Shown in pieces: positions 35,733 to 49,893 of a stretch of DNA of 64,000 nucleotides. The DNA comes from Hydrolagus affinis (lineage: Eukaryota), in the NCBI GenBank assembly GCA_012026655.1, contig JAAILG010000911.1, positions 1-64,000 of the forward strand, given 5' to 3'. The notes beneath the pieces were generated by a model. The model did not search any database, was not told the DNA's origin, and saw only the letters and a list, made by a program, of their open reading frames with translations. The translations under genes were made by a program, and so were the position numbers. How positions within the stretch are numbered: the stretch's first letter is position 1; every line of letters begins with the position of its first letter.

Positions 35733-37824
35733 TTAATATAAGTGATTATTGACTGGACTGACTCTTTTAAAAAATATATTGCTGCAAACCGAGATGAATA
35801 GCTAAGGTCTGTGCAGTGCTGTACATTCACCAAGGTTAAAAAGAGTAGCTAAGTTAATTGAAAGGAAACGGTTAGGTGAGCCCAAGCTTGCATTTAAAAT
35901 AAACTGGATTTTATGAGAAAGGGGTGACTGAAGAAGATGGAGTTCCACAGTCTGACAGTCTGGACATATGGAATACAAAACCATGCGATGAGCTATCGTT
36001 CTAACACAGTGAGATTGAATGGAGGAGAAAGAGCATGTTTGATGCTGTGTCAGTGGGGAAAAAGAGCCGAAAGTTCGGAGAAGCAAATACTAGAGTAGTA
36101 AAGATAAAAGTCAGAGAAAGAAAGGATGAAGGTAAGAGGGTTGGGGAAGATAGTTTATCAAACTATTCAGTTTTCTTGTATCTTGTCAAAGTGCAAGATA
36201 AGGCCTTGAAGAGCCTGCTTAGATATGAGAACAACAGTGAAGTGGTGGACAACTTTGGGTCTTCATTAGGAGCTAGGAGTTGCTGAGTTGCAAATACACT
36301 TTTCATGTTAATAAAACTAACGATAGATGAAGAGTTAACTTTGTGGGAGGGGAGAGAAGAAAACTGGGAATACAGGCAAAAAAAAAACTGGATTTATTAC
36401 GTTTTTAACCTAAATCGCTTTAATTAGAACACACAGTTTGGATCTGTAATATTATCTTAAACTTTGTTTCTAAACACTGCCTTAGAAATTGTTTGGCTTT
36501 AATTTAATGCACCATATTGTATCCTCATTGCTCTGCAAGTGACTGTAGGTCCTAGTGTGCAATACACTAAAAAGAAACATTCAGTATTCTCTTTAAAGAA
36601 GGGAAATTTTTTGACATCAATCACATCGCTGGAGGACTTTCCTTGGACTCATTCCTCCTGTGGTCACAAATCCCCACACATATCAATCTATAACCACTAG
36701 TACATTACAAAATCCCCTTTCTAATTAGCATCATTTGGTATTATTACACCCTAAGGCTAGAATCTCGATTTGACTACCTAAAAAGTAGAAACATGCTTAA
36801 AAATAGTTTTCACCATTGCCTGGTATCTCATATCCAGGGGGCAATAGTTTTGAGTGACCTTAGAGAGCAATAAAAAGGATTCGCTGTTTCCCTTCTGACA
36901 TCACGTAGCTAAGACTGATGCCGGTGAATGTGCTTACAATATAATGTTGTCTGCCGATATGCACACATTTATATGAAGGTAAAACACAAATGGCTGAAGC
37001 CCAAAGGTTAAACAGACAGCAAATATAGTTTTCAGCAGCAGATATAAACGGATCACTACATGGTTAAGGGAATGACCTCCAGTGTGGTGTTACAACCATT
37101 GAATAACACATTAGCCTCCATTATTTCCCACCCCCCATTTATTTGTCCTACTTTAGTTGAAATACCAGAGAATAATCACTACAAGGCAGTGTCGATGCTT
37201 TCCCTGTGATCAGTCGACAGGTCGATGCGGCTCCTTACAAATGAATTGAGAATTGGGAAAGGGAAAGAGGAGAACTGTCATGTACAAATCCCAGTCAAAC
37301 TATTCCATTTGAGTTCACAAGTACTGTTTAGCATTCTATTGCCAGAGCTGCCCATTTCCACTGTCTCATGAAAGTGCAAATGACATGACAAGAAAATACG
37401 AAGTGCACTCGAGCCCTGTTTATGTTTTCAGCTGCATAGAGATTGCATTCAGCTTGGGTCAGGATGACCTGAAATTAATATAATTTCCCTGCCACCATCA
37501 CCCCAGATTTATACTGAGACTTGCCTCGACTCACTTCATGTGTTGGCAGAGATTACATTAACCAACTCTTGTACTGAGTCTGGGATCTTCAGTTGAAATC
37601 CACATGAGATTTACATCAATTGTTTACACAAACTGGATGGCACATTTAGAGCATCAGAGATACAGGCATTGGCGAGGTCAGGCAGTGTGAGTTGTTACAT
37701 TGAACTACTATCACAGCTCTGCATTACTGTATTAATAATTGACCAGTTGCTGCCATTTTGCTGAACATTTTGCGACATATCTAAACTTGCAATGTTAATT
37801 GTAAGCTCATGACCAAGATAAAAC

Positions 37825-37968
37825 CCACCACCTGCTCCCTCAACCTCATCCTTGCCCCTCTCCTTGCACCCCAGCTCCACCTCTTCGCCCCTCTACTCGC
37901 AGCAGCACCTGAGGACGTCCTCCCAACGCGAAAGGCGCTATACAAATTCATGCTGTTGTTGTTGTTAT
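37825..37968 (+). mobile_element. L2 3' tail
   Basis: C-rich 3'UTR + GGACGTCCTCCCAACGCGAAAGGCGCTATACAAA + (GTT)n. Confidence 0.8.
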
Positions 37969-39114
37969 TAACGTTTGAGATATGAGTCCAAAATAGAACT
38001 ATGTCTCCTTATGGAATGTTGTCTGAGTGCACCTGGATTCTACTCCTGAATAATTGGAAATTAATTTGTTATTGAAAAGAGTTAAGCAACATGTTCATTT
38101 ATATAATGCAATGCAAATCAATAAATAACACGAGTGAAAGTGGTGATAAAGGTTTCTTTTTGGAACAGCAAGCTTTTGACTTTCAGCGAGCAACTAATTT
38201 TAAATGGAAAGGAAAGTTCAGTCCACAAGGCGTAAAATGACATTATCTGTGTGCAATACAATCGGGTTGTTATCAGGACATGGCACATTTCCGCTATATC
38301 CTGTCACTGAAGCTCACAAGTAATAGAGCCATGCTCATAAGAGATGTCTATTCCATACGTTGGACAATCATTCACTTTTAACGGATTAAAGCCTTCAACT
38401 CAAACCACTCACTGATAATGCAGTGGTACAGTAAGGATGCACAACCATTAATTGTTAAAATAAAGTAAAGTTTAAGACAATTTTTGATATTACTCCCTTG
38501 GGCTTTTCTTTGTACAGATGTGCCCTTTTTGACAGATACAACCATTCTCTAAACCTCCTTGACATAATCTACATTCTTTGTCAAAAGGCAGTATATAGAC
38601 AGCCTTGGACAGAATTTAGTTTATTGTCATTGTCTGATAACAAGGCTTAATGGAAAAGACACAGCACTGCCAACGAATTTCAATCATTTTTGTGATAAAT
38701 TCATATGTTCAGCAGCCTTGGAAAATACTGAAGATCTATATTGGTTCATTGTCATTCCTTATGTGTTTAAACATCTTACACAGAATTCAAACAAAACTAG
38801 ATGAAATTTAAAAAGTATTGTCAATATTGCTGATAGCAAGTGCTCTTTCCATTCAGAATAGGCTTGACTTCCACTGTAAATTCACTTCAGTTACCTTGCT
38901 ATATTGAGAATATACATTTGTTTATGTGCAATTCACCTCTGCCAAAAAACCCACTGGATAATATTCAGAGGTAAAACATTTTTAAATTACACATGGACAG
39001 ATCCACTTTAGCCTTTTTTGTGTACATTTGAACTTGTTTTTATGTTAGAGGCCCTTTACAAGTACAGTACCAATTATAATAAATACAAATTTAATAGAAT
39101 AGAATAGAATTTAA

Positions 39115-39250
39115 CAATAATTCTTGCACTTGATGTAGCGCTTTCATCGTGTTGTTGAGACATCTCTAAGCGCTTCACAGAATATACTGTACTGTAAAAT
39201 GAATTGGCTGTATATTCTGTGGGCGAAACGTGGCAGTCAATTCCACACAG
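39115..39250 (-). mobile_element. Young SINE 3' half
   Basis: AAGCGCTTCACAGAATATACTGT...GTGGGCGAAACGTGGCAGTCAATT. Confidence 0.8.
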
Positions 39251-42200
39251 GGGAACACTTTAATGTATTAACAGGGGTTCTAAAATGCCTGGTCTACCTT
39301 TTATGAAATATCTTTACACTTCTATGATCTCATGTACTATCATATAAAATTTATAACTGTTTTCCTCTATACAGTTATCCAACCATGTGACTGCCACATT
39401 AGTGCAGCTTGTCTGTGGCTCTGTGCCTATTATCAATGACACATTTAGCTGTACTTCTATGAATCTAGATTGGTCCTCCTGATAAACACTCCCAGTCCCT
39501 TCCTACCACCACCTACCATTGTGGCGTCTTTCTAGTCAAAATAGTGTCCATGTAACTGCTCAGCTGAGAATTGGCAAGATTACTCATCGAGGTTAAGTGG
39601 GTTAGAATGCTGGTTGAGGATAGGATTTGAACCTGTGACCCTGTGGGCTGACAGCTATACTGCTCCAGACACTATCATGTTCCATGGGATTTCTGCACTG
39701 AAGCTTTGTTGAAATCAGTCCTTTTTTTGGCAACTATTTGTTTGAATAATTTTTTTTTCTTAATTAAACCTTGTAAAACAAACAGTGCTGCAATATTCCA
39801 CACAATGGAAGTGTTTATGTTCTTAAACGTTCTGAGAACAGAAAATATGCTACATTTAGGATTATCCTAGTAGTTTCCATTCTAAAAAAAATTGTCTAGT
39901 ATGTCGGCATCATAAAGAAGACTGTAGGCTTCAAAGGGTTTAATAAATCAGGCAGATGTGTCTAGAATAAATGACAGATATTCTTACAATGAAGACATTT
40001 AGGCCTGTGCCCTCACTACCTAATTTGTGTCAGCCTATTTAAGACAGCTGTCAGTGTGTTTTGTATCCTGGAGTTTGTCGCAGCAGAAATGTGAGAGAAT
40101 TGCTTAATTGCACAGAATGATTGATGCTGGTCGAAAACCACATTAAAAACACAAAATGTACTTCCTGTTGCCAGCGACCCTCGAGTCTTGTAATGAATGA
40201 ATCCTAAGGACACACAAATTCAACTTACACCTTCAAGGACACACTGTTTGGGAGGAGCTTTGAGTTACATAAAGCTGCATAGCATAAATTCTAATCACTG
40301 CATAAATATTTCAAACTGGGAAAAGCTAAACAGCTGATTAACATCCTTTTAATCACTAATTAAAACAGCTGCGGGGTATTTCTTCTCCAGACCATATACA
40401 TCTTTGCCTCGTGCAACTTTTTGTATTGTGAGAAACGTGTGCATTTCATAACTGATGGACCCCAGCTGATCTGATGATGAAAATCTGATTTAAGATCAAA
40501 ATATATGTTGTACTTGTTTTTTTCTTTAAAAAATTATATTTCTATATTTTTATAATATTCTGGCAGAACAAAACATAGATCACATTATGGATTTCATTAA
40601 ATAAATTATTTTTATGTTGTGACCATGTTATGAAATTCCCCAATGGATGCATTTGCATTTTTATTGCAAATCATTCCGTAAAAAAGCAAGGGTTCAACTA
40701 TTTGCATAGCTACAGTTGGCTTTTATTTTCCCTAGTCTCAGCACCTTTGATAATGAACTGAAATGCTTGTTTTATAGTATTTAGTCTCTGCATGGAGCCT
40801 TCAATCTGGCCAATATAGCAATTAAACATCATCACTGTACTCTTTCAGGAGGCACGTCTCAAATATATCCTGACCTCTTGTACGTTTCTATACATAAAAT
40901 GTTTATGTACTTTATAATGTATCCAGCGCAGCAAATTTTAATGAGTGAATTCTGCTATTTTCAAAAAGGGCCAGAAATCTGAATAACATATAATACTGAT
41001 TTCTGGCTATGGTTCAAACCACTGACTTTTTTATCGTTCAGTTTATAGGATTTTTTTTCAATGTACCGACCTGCTGAAGATCATTGGAACAAAATATAAT
41101 TAATAACAACAAGATTGCGTCATTTTACTTGTTCAACAAAACAACAGAATAAGGAAATATCTTGTAACTTGGTACATTTCTCTAACACTGCATTATGAGA
41201 GTCAGTGCTAGTTGATCATTCCTACAGATGCCATATGGTAAAAAATATGCACATCTGGAGTGGCACAGTGCCACGACGTATTGGCAAACCAAGGTGCTGT
41301 GCCACAAAATGGTAGCCTGTGGGTTCACACCTATAATTGCCCCTAAATGAGCTCCTGGCCTCGGGGACAGTATCAGGGGAGACACTAAACAGAGGCTCTG
41401 GAAGGGAGGAAAAATTTTGTGCAAGATTCAAACTGAGATGATCTTGCACCTCTCTGAATAGAGAGGGAAACCTGCATTAGACAGTACAAACCAGAACCCT
41501 TCCACTCCTAATGCTATTTTGTTTAGAGAAAGTGACCAACACTTTCTTTTTCCCCCTGAATTCTCAATATCTACTTCTCACTATTTGGTATCATCAGTGA
41601 TTTGGGGTCTGAACTTATCGCTGATAGAGTTTTTGCTTACAACCACAACTTGCATTTATGCAGAGTCCATTCACACATGTAGGGTCTCAGGTTCCTTAAT
41701 GTTGGTTGAACTTGATACAAAACCTGAGCGTCAGTATATGGTGGGGTACTTTGAGGTCTTGAACAAGGGTGCAACAAGTTAAATTGGACTTTTACCTCTA
41801 TTTTCACCAAATTTTGTTCTGAAGGGGAAGAATGGTCAGAGTGGTGCTAACTGCAGAAGATTTGTTCATTGACTAATTTTCCTGACATTCTTGTTTACTC
41901 AAATCTTGTGTTTCTCTAAGATTACCCAGCAGTAATGTTGTCTGCAAGTTTTATGTTGTGCACAGAAAAACACAGGACTACACTTAAATTTCTTTGATTT
42001 TATTGCAGATAAAGGAATCAGGAAACTTTCCTAGATGAACTTTCAGGTATCTCCATTCTTTAATATATACAGTATATATATCTCTACCTTAAATTGTTTG
42101 AACCTTACCATGATCCACCCATTTTATATATTAATGATATTGAAATCTAATTACATCGTAAAACTATTGCATACTGTGGAGATTAATTTGCGCGTAGGCA

Positions 42201-43219
42201 TGTTATTTACTGGAAATAAAATCTGCTATGAAAGTTTGACAGCTTGCATGCTAATTGTCTTGATGTTCTGATGGAGTTGATATTGAGTTAGATGCTATCA
42301 GTCTATATCTGCCTTTTTGTTTTATCTGTCTTCTATAAAATTATAACAAATTCTTCATAAATATTAATGTTCAAAACAATTGATGAGAGGCAGGGTGGGT
42401 AAATCATTTCTCTGCATAATAAAATGGACAGTTTGGAGACACCATGTCAGTAATCATTTATGTAATTCAAGTTGAACAAGCCTTGGATTTGTGGAAACAA
42501 CCTCAGTATGTTCATTTTGGTCATGCCCCAAACTGATTCATTAATGGAATGCAATTACAACAGTGATCCAGGAGATTACAGCATTCTTGATACAGCCTGA
42601 CCCAATTCAGTGTGTCTTCCATATGAAGTACTTCTTGATTTGGCATTGAAAAAAAATTTAACTCATTCTGGTGCTTGTTGTTAAAATTTACATATTGGCC
42701 AATTGCATATCCATCCAGCTTCCCAATATTTTTTTCAAGGGTCAAGAGGGTACAATTTCAAGCCACTTGAAATAACCTACTCATTAAAACTTGTGTCCTT
42801 TTCATACTGCACAGTTAGGGCTGATTCGATTAGATTTCTGCTGTTTTTATTTTTATGGCACTGGTTCGAATCCTCGCCACCCTGCAATGCCAACAAACAA
42901 ACCCCCAAACTACTACTACATGGATCAAATCAAGGCCATTTGCTGCCTTGTAAATCAGATTACAATGCAGCCAATTCCCAACAAACTTTTTAAAATCGAA
43001 AGTTCTTGGCGCCCTTAGGCTTTGTAATGTTATTAGAGAACCATACACTCTCTATTTAACATTAAAAATGTAACAGCCTGCTTGAAATTTACTCTGTTAC
43101 TCGTAACAATGCCAGATTGCTCTTTCTGTAAAAAGGCATTAAAGGCAAACACTTGTGTAAGATCTGTGCCCCATTTCTGATGTACGTTCATACTATTATA
43201 TCACCATATTGTAATAATA

Positions 43220-43600
43220 TGACTTAGTTGGAAGCACACTTGTCTCTGAGTCAAAAGATTGTAGATTCAGGTCCCACATCAAATCTTTGAAGTGTAGTGC
43301 TGGAGTTCGCTCCATTGTTAGTTGCATTCCTTTGGGTGAGACATAAAATAAAAGTCTCATCTACCAGTTAATCATGCTGTTGCCGTTAAATATCCCACAG
43401 CACTATCTGCGAAGGGAGTTTTTCCCAGTTTTCTGGCCAACACTCAGGTGAAATTGATCCCTTATTTCGCGGCTATTTGGGGGCAGAGAGAAACTTTGCA
43501 GAATGTAGAATGTTGCCACATTCACCTACATATACACAGTCAATATACTTCATAGTAAAGTCTTATGTAGTGCTTTGAGATGACTTGATGATGTGACATC
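43220..43600 (+). mobile_element. Old Deu-domain SINE, near full length, degraded
   Basis: tRNA-like head CACTTGTCTCTGAGTCAAAAGATTGTAGATTCAGGTCCC; TTAAATATCCCACAGCACTAT; TTCTGGCCAACA; tail GTGCTTTGAGATG. Confidence 0.62.
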
Positions 43601-46600
43601 AAATCATTGTATTTGTATGACCAGGGACTTGTGCATACAGATGCCATTTAAGATATCTTAAAAGTGAGAAAAATGTCTAATAAAATGTAAAAGAACACCG
43701 CATACCCGCACTGCATACCCTGTCATACCCGTTCCAATTCTTGAGGATGAGAAGAAACCCTTCAATACACACATTAAATCTTCCATGGGATCTGCATGAT
43801 CCTGTTTCAGGATCTATGCCAACTCAATGTTGGTGGGCATCAAACAGCAGCCTGACAGAGTACCTTTGGATACAGGTCATGCATTCTTCACTGATATGCA
43901 GTGCCAACCCAAAGATTTGTCAAATGCAAATTCCAATCAAGGTCACAAATTGTCCTTTTGGATAAATCCCTTAAGTCAGCACTGCAGGACAAATTAAATA
44001 TATAATGACTTAAGCGTGACATATCTATTCATATAGGTGACCTACACAATTAAATTGTGACTTTGTTACTCATGGGTTACGCGTTTGTCCTGATCAGTTA
44101 CATTTTTTCTATCCTGTTGATAGAGATGAGGAATAAAATCAATAGTTAGCATCAATAAATCTCTTTTTATATAACAGACACATGACCCTTTATTAATATG
44201 GAAAAGTTATGGCATTCCTTTCTATCATCCATTAAAGTAAATCCTCACGTAAATTCTTATCTAACTGAAATAGCAATGTATCTTCTAGTTTAATTGTGTG
44301 CTATACAAGGAGCAGCTGACTATCCCTGGTTATTGAGTGCTCTGTGATGCTATCCAGTGTGAAGGGTGCTATATAAATGCAAAGTTGTTGTTGGCCATTG
44401 ATAAACAAAAACAAAATGGAAGAATAAATGGCCTAAAACAGAAACAAGTCAATATGTCATTTACATTTCTATAGTATATATACAGTATATACAGTAAATA
44501 TAGTATACACGGTATGTATAGAAAGAATAACACCCACAAAAGCACATGCCAACACCATATCACGTGCTTGAGACTACGTGGAAAAAAAACATCAAGCCAA
44601 CGTCTCATTGTTTGAAAACAGCATCTCAGTTTGCGATACACCAAATCTTGTGCTGTTCTTTTTTTTGTAAAACTATTTTTGCTCTTTTTTGTCTCATCGC
44701 CTCCTCCTCCTCTTGTTAAGGTGGTTACTTTAGATGGGGATTGGTAATAAGATTCCTGACCATTCTTCATACATGACCATCAGTCTGGACAATGAGTTGT
44801 TATAGTCTACTCATCTGTGATGGGCATTACACTTCAGCTCAGTCCTGTTTTCTCCCGATGTCCACATCATTGAACTTTTCTGTTGGGATCGCTGGATATT
44901 GTCTAGGAGTGGGAACAGAATTAGATTCATATCTGATTGTTGGATGTCTTTTTACATAAGGTGCATCAGAGAAATACTGCACCACTCGCATAAAGCAATT
45001 CATGCAGATTAAAGCATAATAATTAGGTTGGAGATACAGTCTTAAAGTAACAATATACTGAAACAATAATCTTGATTTTTAAATGGTTCACATGTAAAAC
45101 TAAGGTCATTTTGAAAAAAAGTCTGTCTTTGAAATAATTATCAGACTCTGATAGTTATTTAACACAGATGTTTCATTGTTACACAAACAACCTTTCAATG
45201 GATTATATTTCGTATATACTGAACTTGTATCAAATTCAGCTCCTAATTATATGCATATAGGCCAATTTCACTCAGTTGTAAAATAGAAGAAAGTTTAATG
45301 ATACTTGCACATCTAAAACTACCCTACTAGTTAGAGTCTTGGTGTCCAGAGTTAAGGACATGTCTGCATCTCCAAGTCTTATTGGTGATCAACCATTAAT
45401 AATCCTTGAATTGCTATGGGCTCTTGTTTTACCTGTCATGTATCCACGGAGGCGGTATTTAGCTCCCTCTTCGTCTCCCTCTTTCTTCCCCCACCCCCAC
45501 TCCCCGCCTGCCAACTACCCAGTCATGACCCTGATAATGTACAAAGATAGTTCTCATTTTAAAAGCAAAAATGTTGAGTGGATTTACCGGGTTTCAAATC
45601 CAGAATTCAGCTATAACTGTCTGAGCTATCTGGAATGGCTGGAACAGTACAAACGAGCATTCAGGTTGAAAGCACACTTTTTTTTTCACACTGGTCAAAT
45701 TACCAAATGAGAATGTAAGAAATGTACAATGCAGAAACAAGGCCCATTTTCTTAAGTTACATGGCGAAAGGCAAAACCAATGCAAATAAATCATTTTAGT
45801 ATGAACAATAAAATGAACAAATCAGTAAGATGCTGGAATTGGCCAATCTTTCAATGAAACTGCATTATCTGTCTTTTTTGAATCCAAATTTGTTAATCCT
45901 TAACATAAATAAGCAAAGTAATTGAATGTTTCTGTTAAAGTTAATGGCAGGGTTCCATTAAATGTACAGTCATACAAACGCAACATTAAACATGTTTTCT
46001 TAATCAAAAATTACTGTTCTATCTGCACAGAAAACTAACTTGTAAGGACAGTAAGCTCTTATATTGCAGCAGCATTTAATTTGAGCACTTGAAAATGTAG
46101 GTAATGAGAGTTCTGTGTATAAGTTTTAATATCTTATTGGTAATTTATCTATGCCCAGATTTATGATGGATCACATCATGCAGCAAGAAGTAGCCACAAG
46201 TTAGATCTTTGAAATGGAAGTCACAAAACCACATGTACAATGTCGGTACAAAATACTTCCATAAAATGCTCCATAAATGACTTACATCATTTTTTTTTCC
46301 CATTTGTAGATTTAGGCCAATCTTTGCATTTGGTAATTTTATATCCATATGAATTATATTTCTTTCTATGTATGCAACAATCTGCTATTCATTATGATGT
46401 AATGTAGTCCTCGGAGTATCCCTGTTACATGTAGTAAATCATTGTATTGAATAATGGCATTGCACATTGATAGGGCAGAACAATGTGTCATTTTGCCATA
46501 ATCCAAAATACAGCTGCTACATTTGTTCATTTAAGATCATGAGTAAGGATGGAATGAAATGGGCTATTTGGCTCATCAAATCATGGAAAATCGACCTCAC

Positions 46601-47090
46601 CCAACCACTCCCGTCTCCTGCTGGAAACACTCTGAGAATATTTCTGAACCTTATAGATAATGAAACAAAACTTTGGAATATTAATTCATCATCTGCAAAC
46701 CTCTATTTTAACTTAGTTGAATAGCCTGCTTCTAGCTACATTATCTCTATTGCTCATCAGTCTAAAATCCTGGCCTATTCCCCCATATCCACACAATCAA
46801 TCACACAACTGTACAGAGATGTATTAGATGACTTATAGGTAATTGCTATAAAGTAAAGTGACTATATATTTTATAGAAAAACAGTGTTATGCACAGCATT
46901 GACTAACAAACAGTCACAAAGGGAATCATTAATTTGTTTGAGGAGCCAGGAATTCAAGAGATACTCTGAACATCTACAGCATTACATATAGTTGAGCAAG
47001 AGAATATATAGAATGAGAAATGGTGGAAGTCTCTATATGTTGCCTTATTTGGAAACCAGCATTGTCATCAAACCATAATAAATAATAAGC

Positions 47091-47198
47091 TTAATAATAA
47101 TGCATTTGATATAGCGCCTTACCATGTCTTCGAGATGTCTCAAAGTGTTTCACATTATATACTGTAAAGTGAATTGACTGCATATTTTGTGGGGGCAA
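47091..47198 (-). mobile_element. Young SINE 3' fragment
   Basis: (TAA)n TGCATTTGATATAGCGCCTTACCA...ACTGTAAAGTGAATTGACTG. Confidence 0.82.
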
Positions 47199-49037
47199 AA
47201 CCAAGCTAGAAACTTTTAACTTCAGAATAGAAAAGTACACGTCATGCCAGGGTGGTAATAAAAATATAGACTCTACTGGAAGCAGTAGAAATATTTGCAA
47301 TGGCCAAAGATTATAACAAATCAAACTTGCTATATGTTTAAAACCTTCTTACCATTGATTTTGTTTCTTCTTTTTCTTTGTAATTATTGTAATTGTGTGT
47401 TTTTTGTTGGGAGTTCATTGCCATGTTATCATTTTCACACAATGTGCCTTGCCATAAATGATGTTGGCGGTAGACCAAAAGGATTCTTTCTTTTCAAAGT
47501 AGTTTCATAAAACCTCTGCCTCGCAATCTTACAAAACCAGAGCAAAATGATAGCAGCATATTGGTGCTGAACTGAAACTGCATTCAGAAAGATCTTCAGT
47601 TTAAAAATATAAAAGCATAATGCACGGAAAGTGACATTAAATACATGACTCAAATTATTTTTGCTTGCTTACCTTGTTTTCATTGGTATTATATTCAAAC
47701 TGACAGTCTGATCAGCGCAAAATGCATAACCCGCTGAAGCAGCTTGCCTCATCCTGAAACTAGTATCTACTTTTCAGATACCATCAGATTTGAACTTGGT
47801 TGTAAAGTGGGTGTTTACTTATAAATAAGTAACAGTTTTAAAATTATATAAAATATTCAAGGAAAGGATGCAACGTAGGCCAATAACATATGACATGAAT
47901 GGGTTTGTTGCAGGTGTAGAGCGAATTCTGCTCTCATGCAGCATAAGAAAAGGTTGATAGGACACAACATCAAATCAACTTCTTTAGATCCTGAAGGTCT
48001 CTCTAAGTTCAGTCCACTGAATTTCTCAAGAAACAAAGTAAGGTGGTGGCTAAAAGTGTACTGAGTTGTTTGATACAGTATCATAATCGGGAACTAAGCC
48101 AGTTAGGTGATCATGGACAATGTGAAGATAGTGTCGGAGATGGCGATTAGCTAGTTTGGCGTATGATCTATCAGTGGACACACAGCCAACATAGAGCCTT
48201 AAAAAGCGGTCCTTTGCAACGAGGTTCACCGATAATGACTCAGTCACTATTATTGAATCCCGTTTGTGAACTTACACTTTTTAAATCATATTTATAATCA
48301 TAAAGTTTTATGTACAGGGTATGAATGCTGCTATCAACAGAGGATGTACGGACATACATCTTCTTTTCATAAGCGTACTAACAAACTGAATGATAATAGC
48401 TACGAGTGAACATGTATAATATTCAGTGCACACTTGGATGACAAATCATATGCCATTGGTTGCTCGTGGATTATTCTATTTACAGCACTCAAGTTAATTC
48501 ATAAACATTATTTATAAACAATTTGTGGATATTTAATTACATTATAACTCCATATTAATGGGGATTATTATTCATGTGAATTGCCTTTCACTCCTTTTCC
48601 GAGGTGATTGACAGACATTCAAAAATAAAATATTAAAAATTGAGGTTGTCTCAACTCTGATATAACGTGAATCAGCAGTCATTTGTGGATAAAAATGTTT
48701 CTTTTTCACTTAATATCAGAGTAAAATATTCAAATACACCTCAATGTTAACTTTTGGTTGATGTAAAGGAATAAACTAGAATAAATTAGTCTGGTGCCTA
48801 ATGCTGCTTTAGGGTTATCCAAGGTAGCATTTCAATTTGAGGGAATGATTTAATGAATTAATGCTGCTCCACAATAAAATAGTGCCAACAAAATTATGGT
48901 TATACAGTAGAAAGAAACTTAATCCACTTGAATGTAGGATTAAATACATAGTTTAATAATAATAATCAAAAGCTTGTATTTCTTACTCAACCAGGTATTT
49001 ACCTAACTTTATTATTGTGCAAGGATTATAATTAACT

Positions 49038-49263
49038 AGGGTGAAACCTTGGGCAAGTTTCCTTACTCCACACGCCTGATAATAATCCCTAAAAAAAAAT
49101 TGGTCACTCAATTCACGACTGTTTGTGGGGCACTACTGTGTGCAATTGGCTGCCGCGTTTCACCCACAAATATACAGTCAATTCACTTTACAGTCTGTGA
49201 AGCTCTTTGAGACGTCTTGAAGACATGAAAAGCACTATATCAAATGCAAAGATTATTATTATT
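49038..49263 (+). mobile_element. Young SINE lacking the tRNA head
   Basis: GGGTGAAACCTTGGGCAAGTTTCCTTACTCCACAC through to CACTATATCAAATGCAAAGATTATTATT. Confidence 0.87.
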
Positions 49264-49737
49264 TGCAGATTACTAGTTGCAATGAATATGATAGGAAAAA
49301 ATATATATAATATGATTTATCTAAGGTTAATGCTTCAGCTAATCTTTTGCATTTGTTGTACCTTGTAATTTTAACATTTTCAATTATTTTGTTGAGCTAA
49401 AACTTGAGGTATTTCAATGAAGTTTCATTAATTCAGCCAATTGTTTGAAAAGATATCAGTTTTTCCTTTAGTTTCTCAAAGACTGCTGCCTTGGTCAATA
49501 GTGTTCACTGCAGCCTGTATTCATTACAAGAGCAGGATAAAAGTTTAAACATTTTGGGGTAAAATATCTTTTATTGTGTGTTTTCAAATTATATATACAA
49601 ATTCATTAAATTGTTTTATAAAATAAAAACTGATGATATTTGTACAACAATCGTACCTGATATTAAATTGTTTTGATGAGGGTGGTAAATAGCCATGGTT
49701 AACAAATTTTAAACTGTCTCTTCTATTGATACAGGTT

Positions 49738-49893
49738 NNNNNNNNNNNNNNNNNNNNNNNNNNNNNNNNNNNNNNNNNNNNNNNNNNNNNNNNNNNNNNN
49801 NNNNNNNNNNNNNNNNNNNNNNNNNNNNNNNNNNNNNNNNNNNNNNNNNNNNNNNNNNNNNNNNNNNNNNNNNNNNNNNNNNNNNNNNNNNNN
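49738..49893. other. Assembly gap (156 N)
   Basis: Run of N. Confidence 1.

Noticed and set aside
35800-36290. Possible very old reverse-strand LINE remnant (also ~46520-46800 and ~51040-51300)
   Set aside because: Resemblance is too weak to set a family or boundaries without an alignment.
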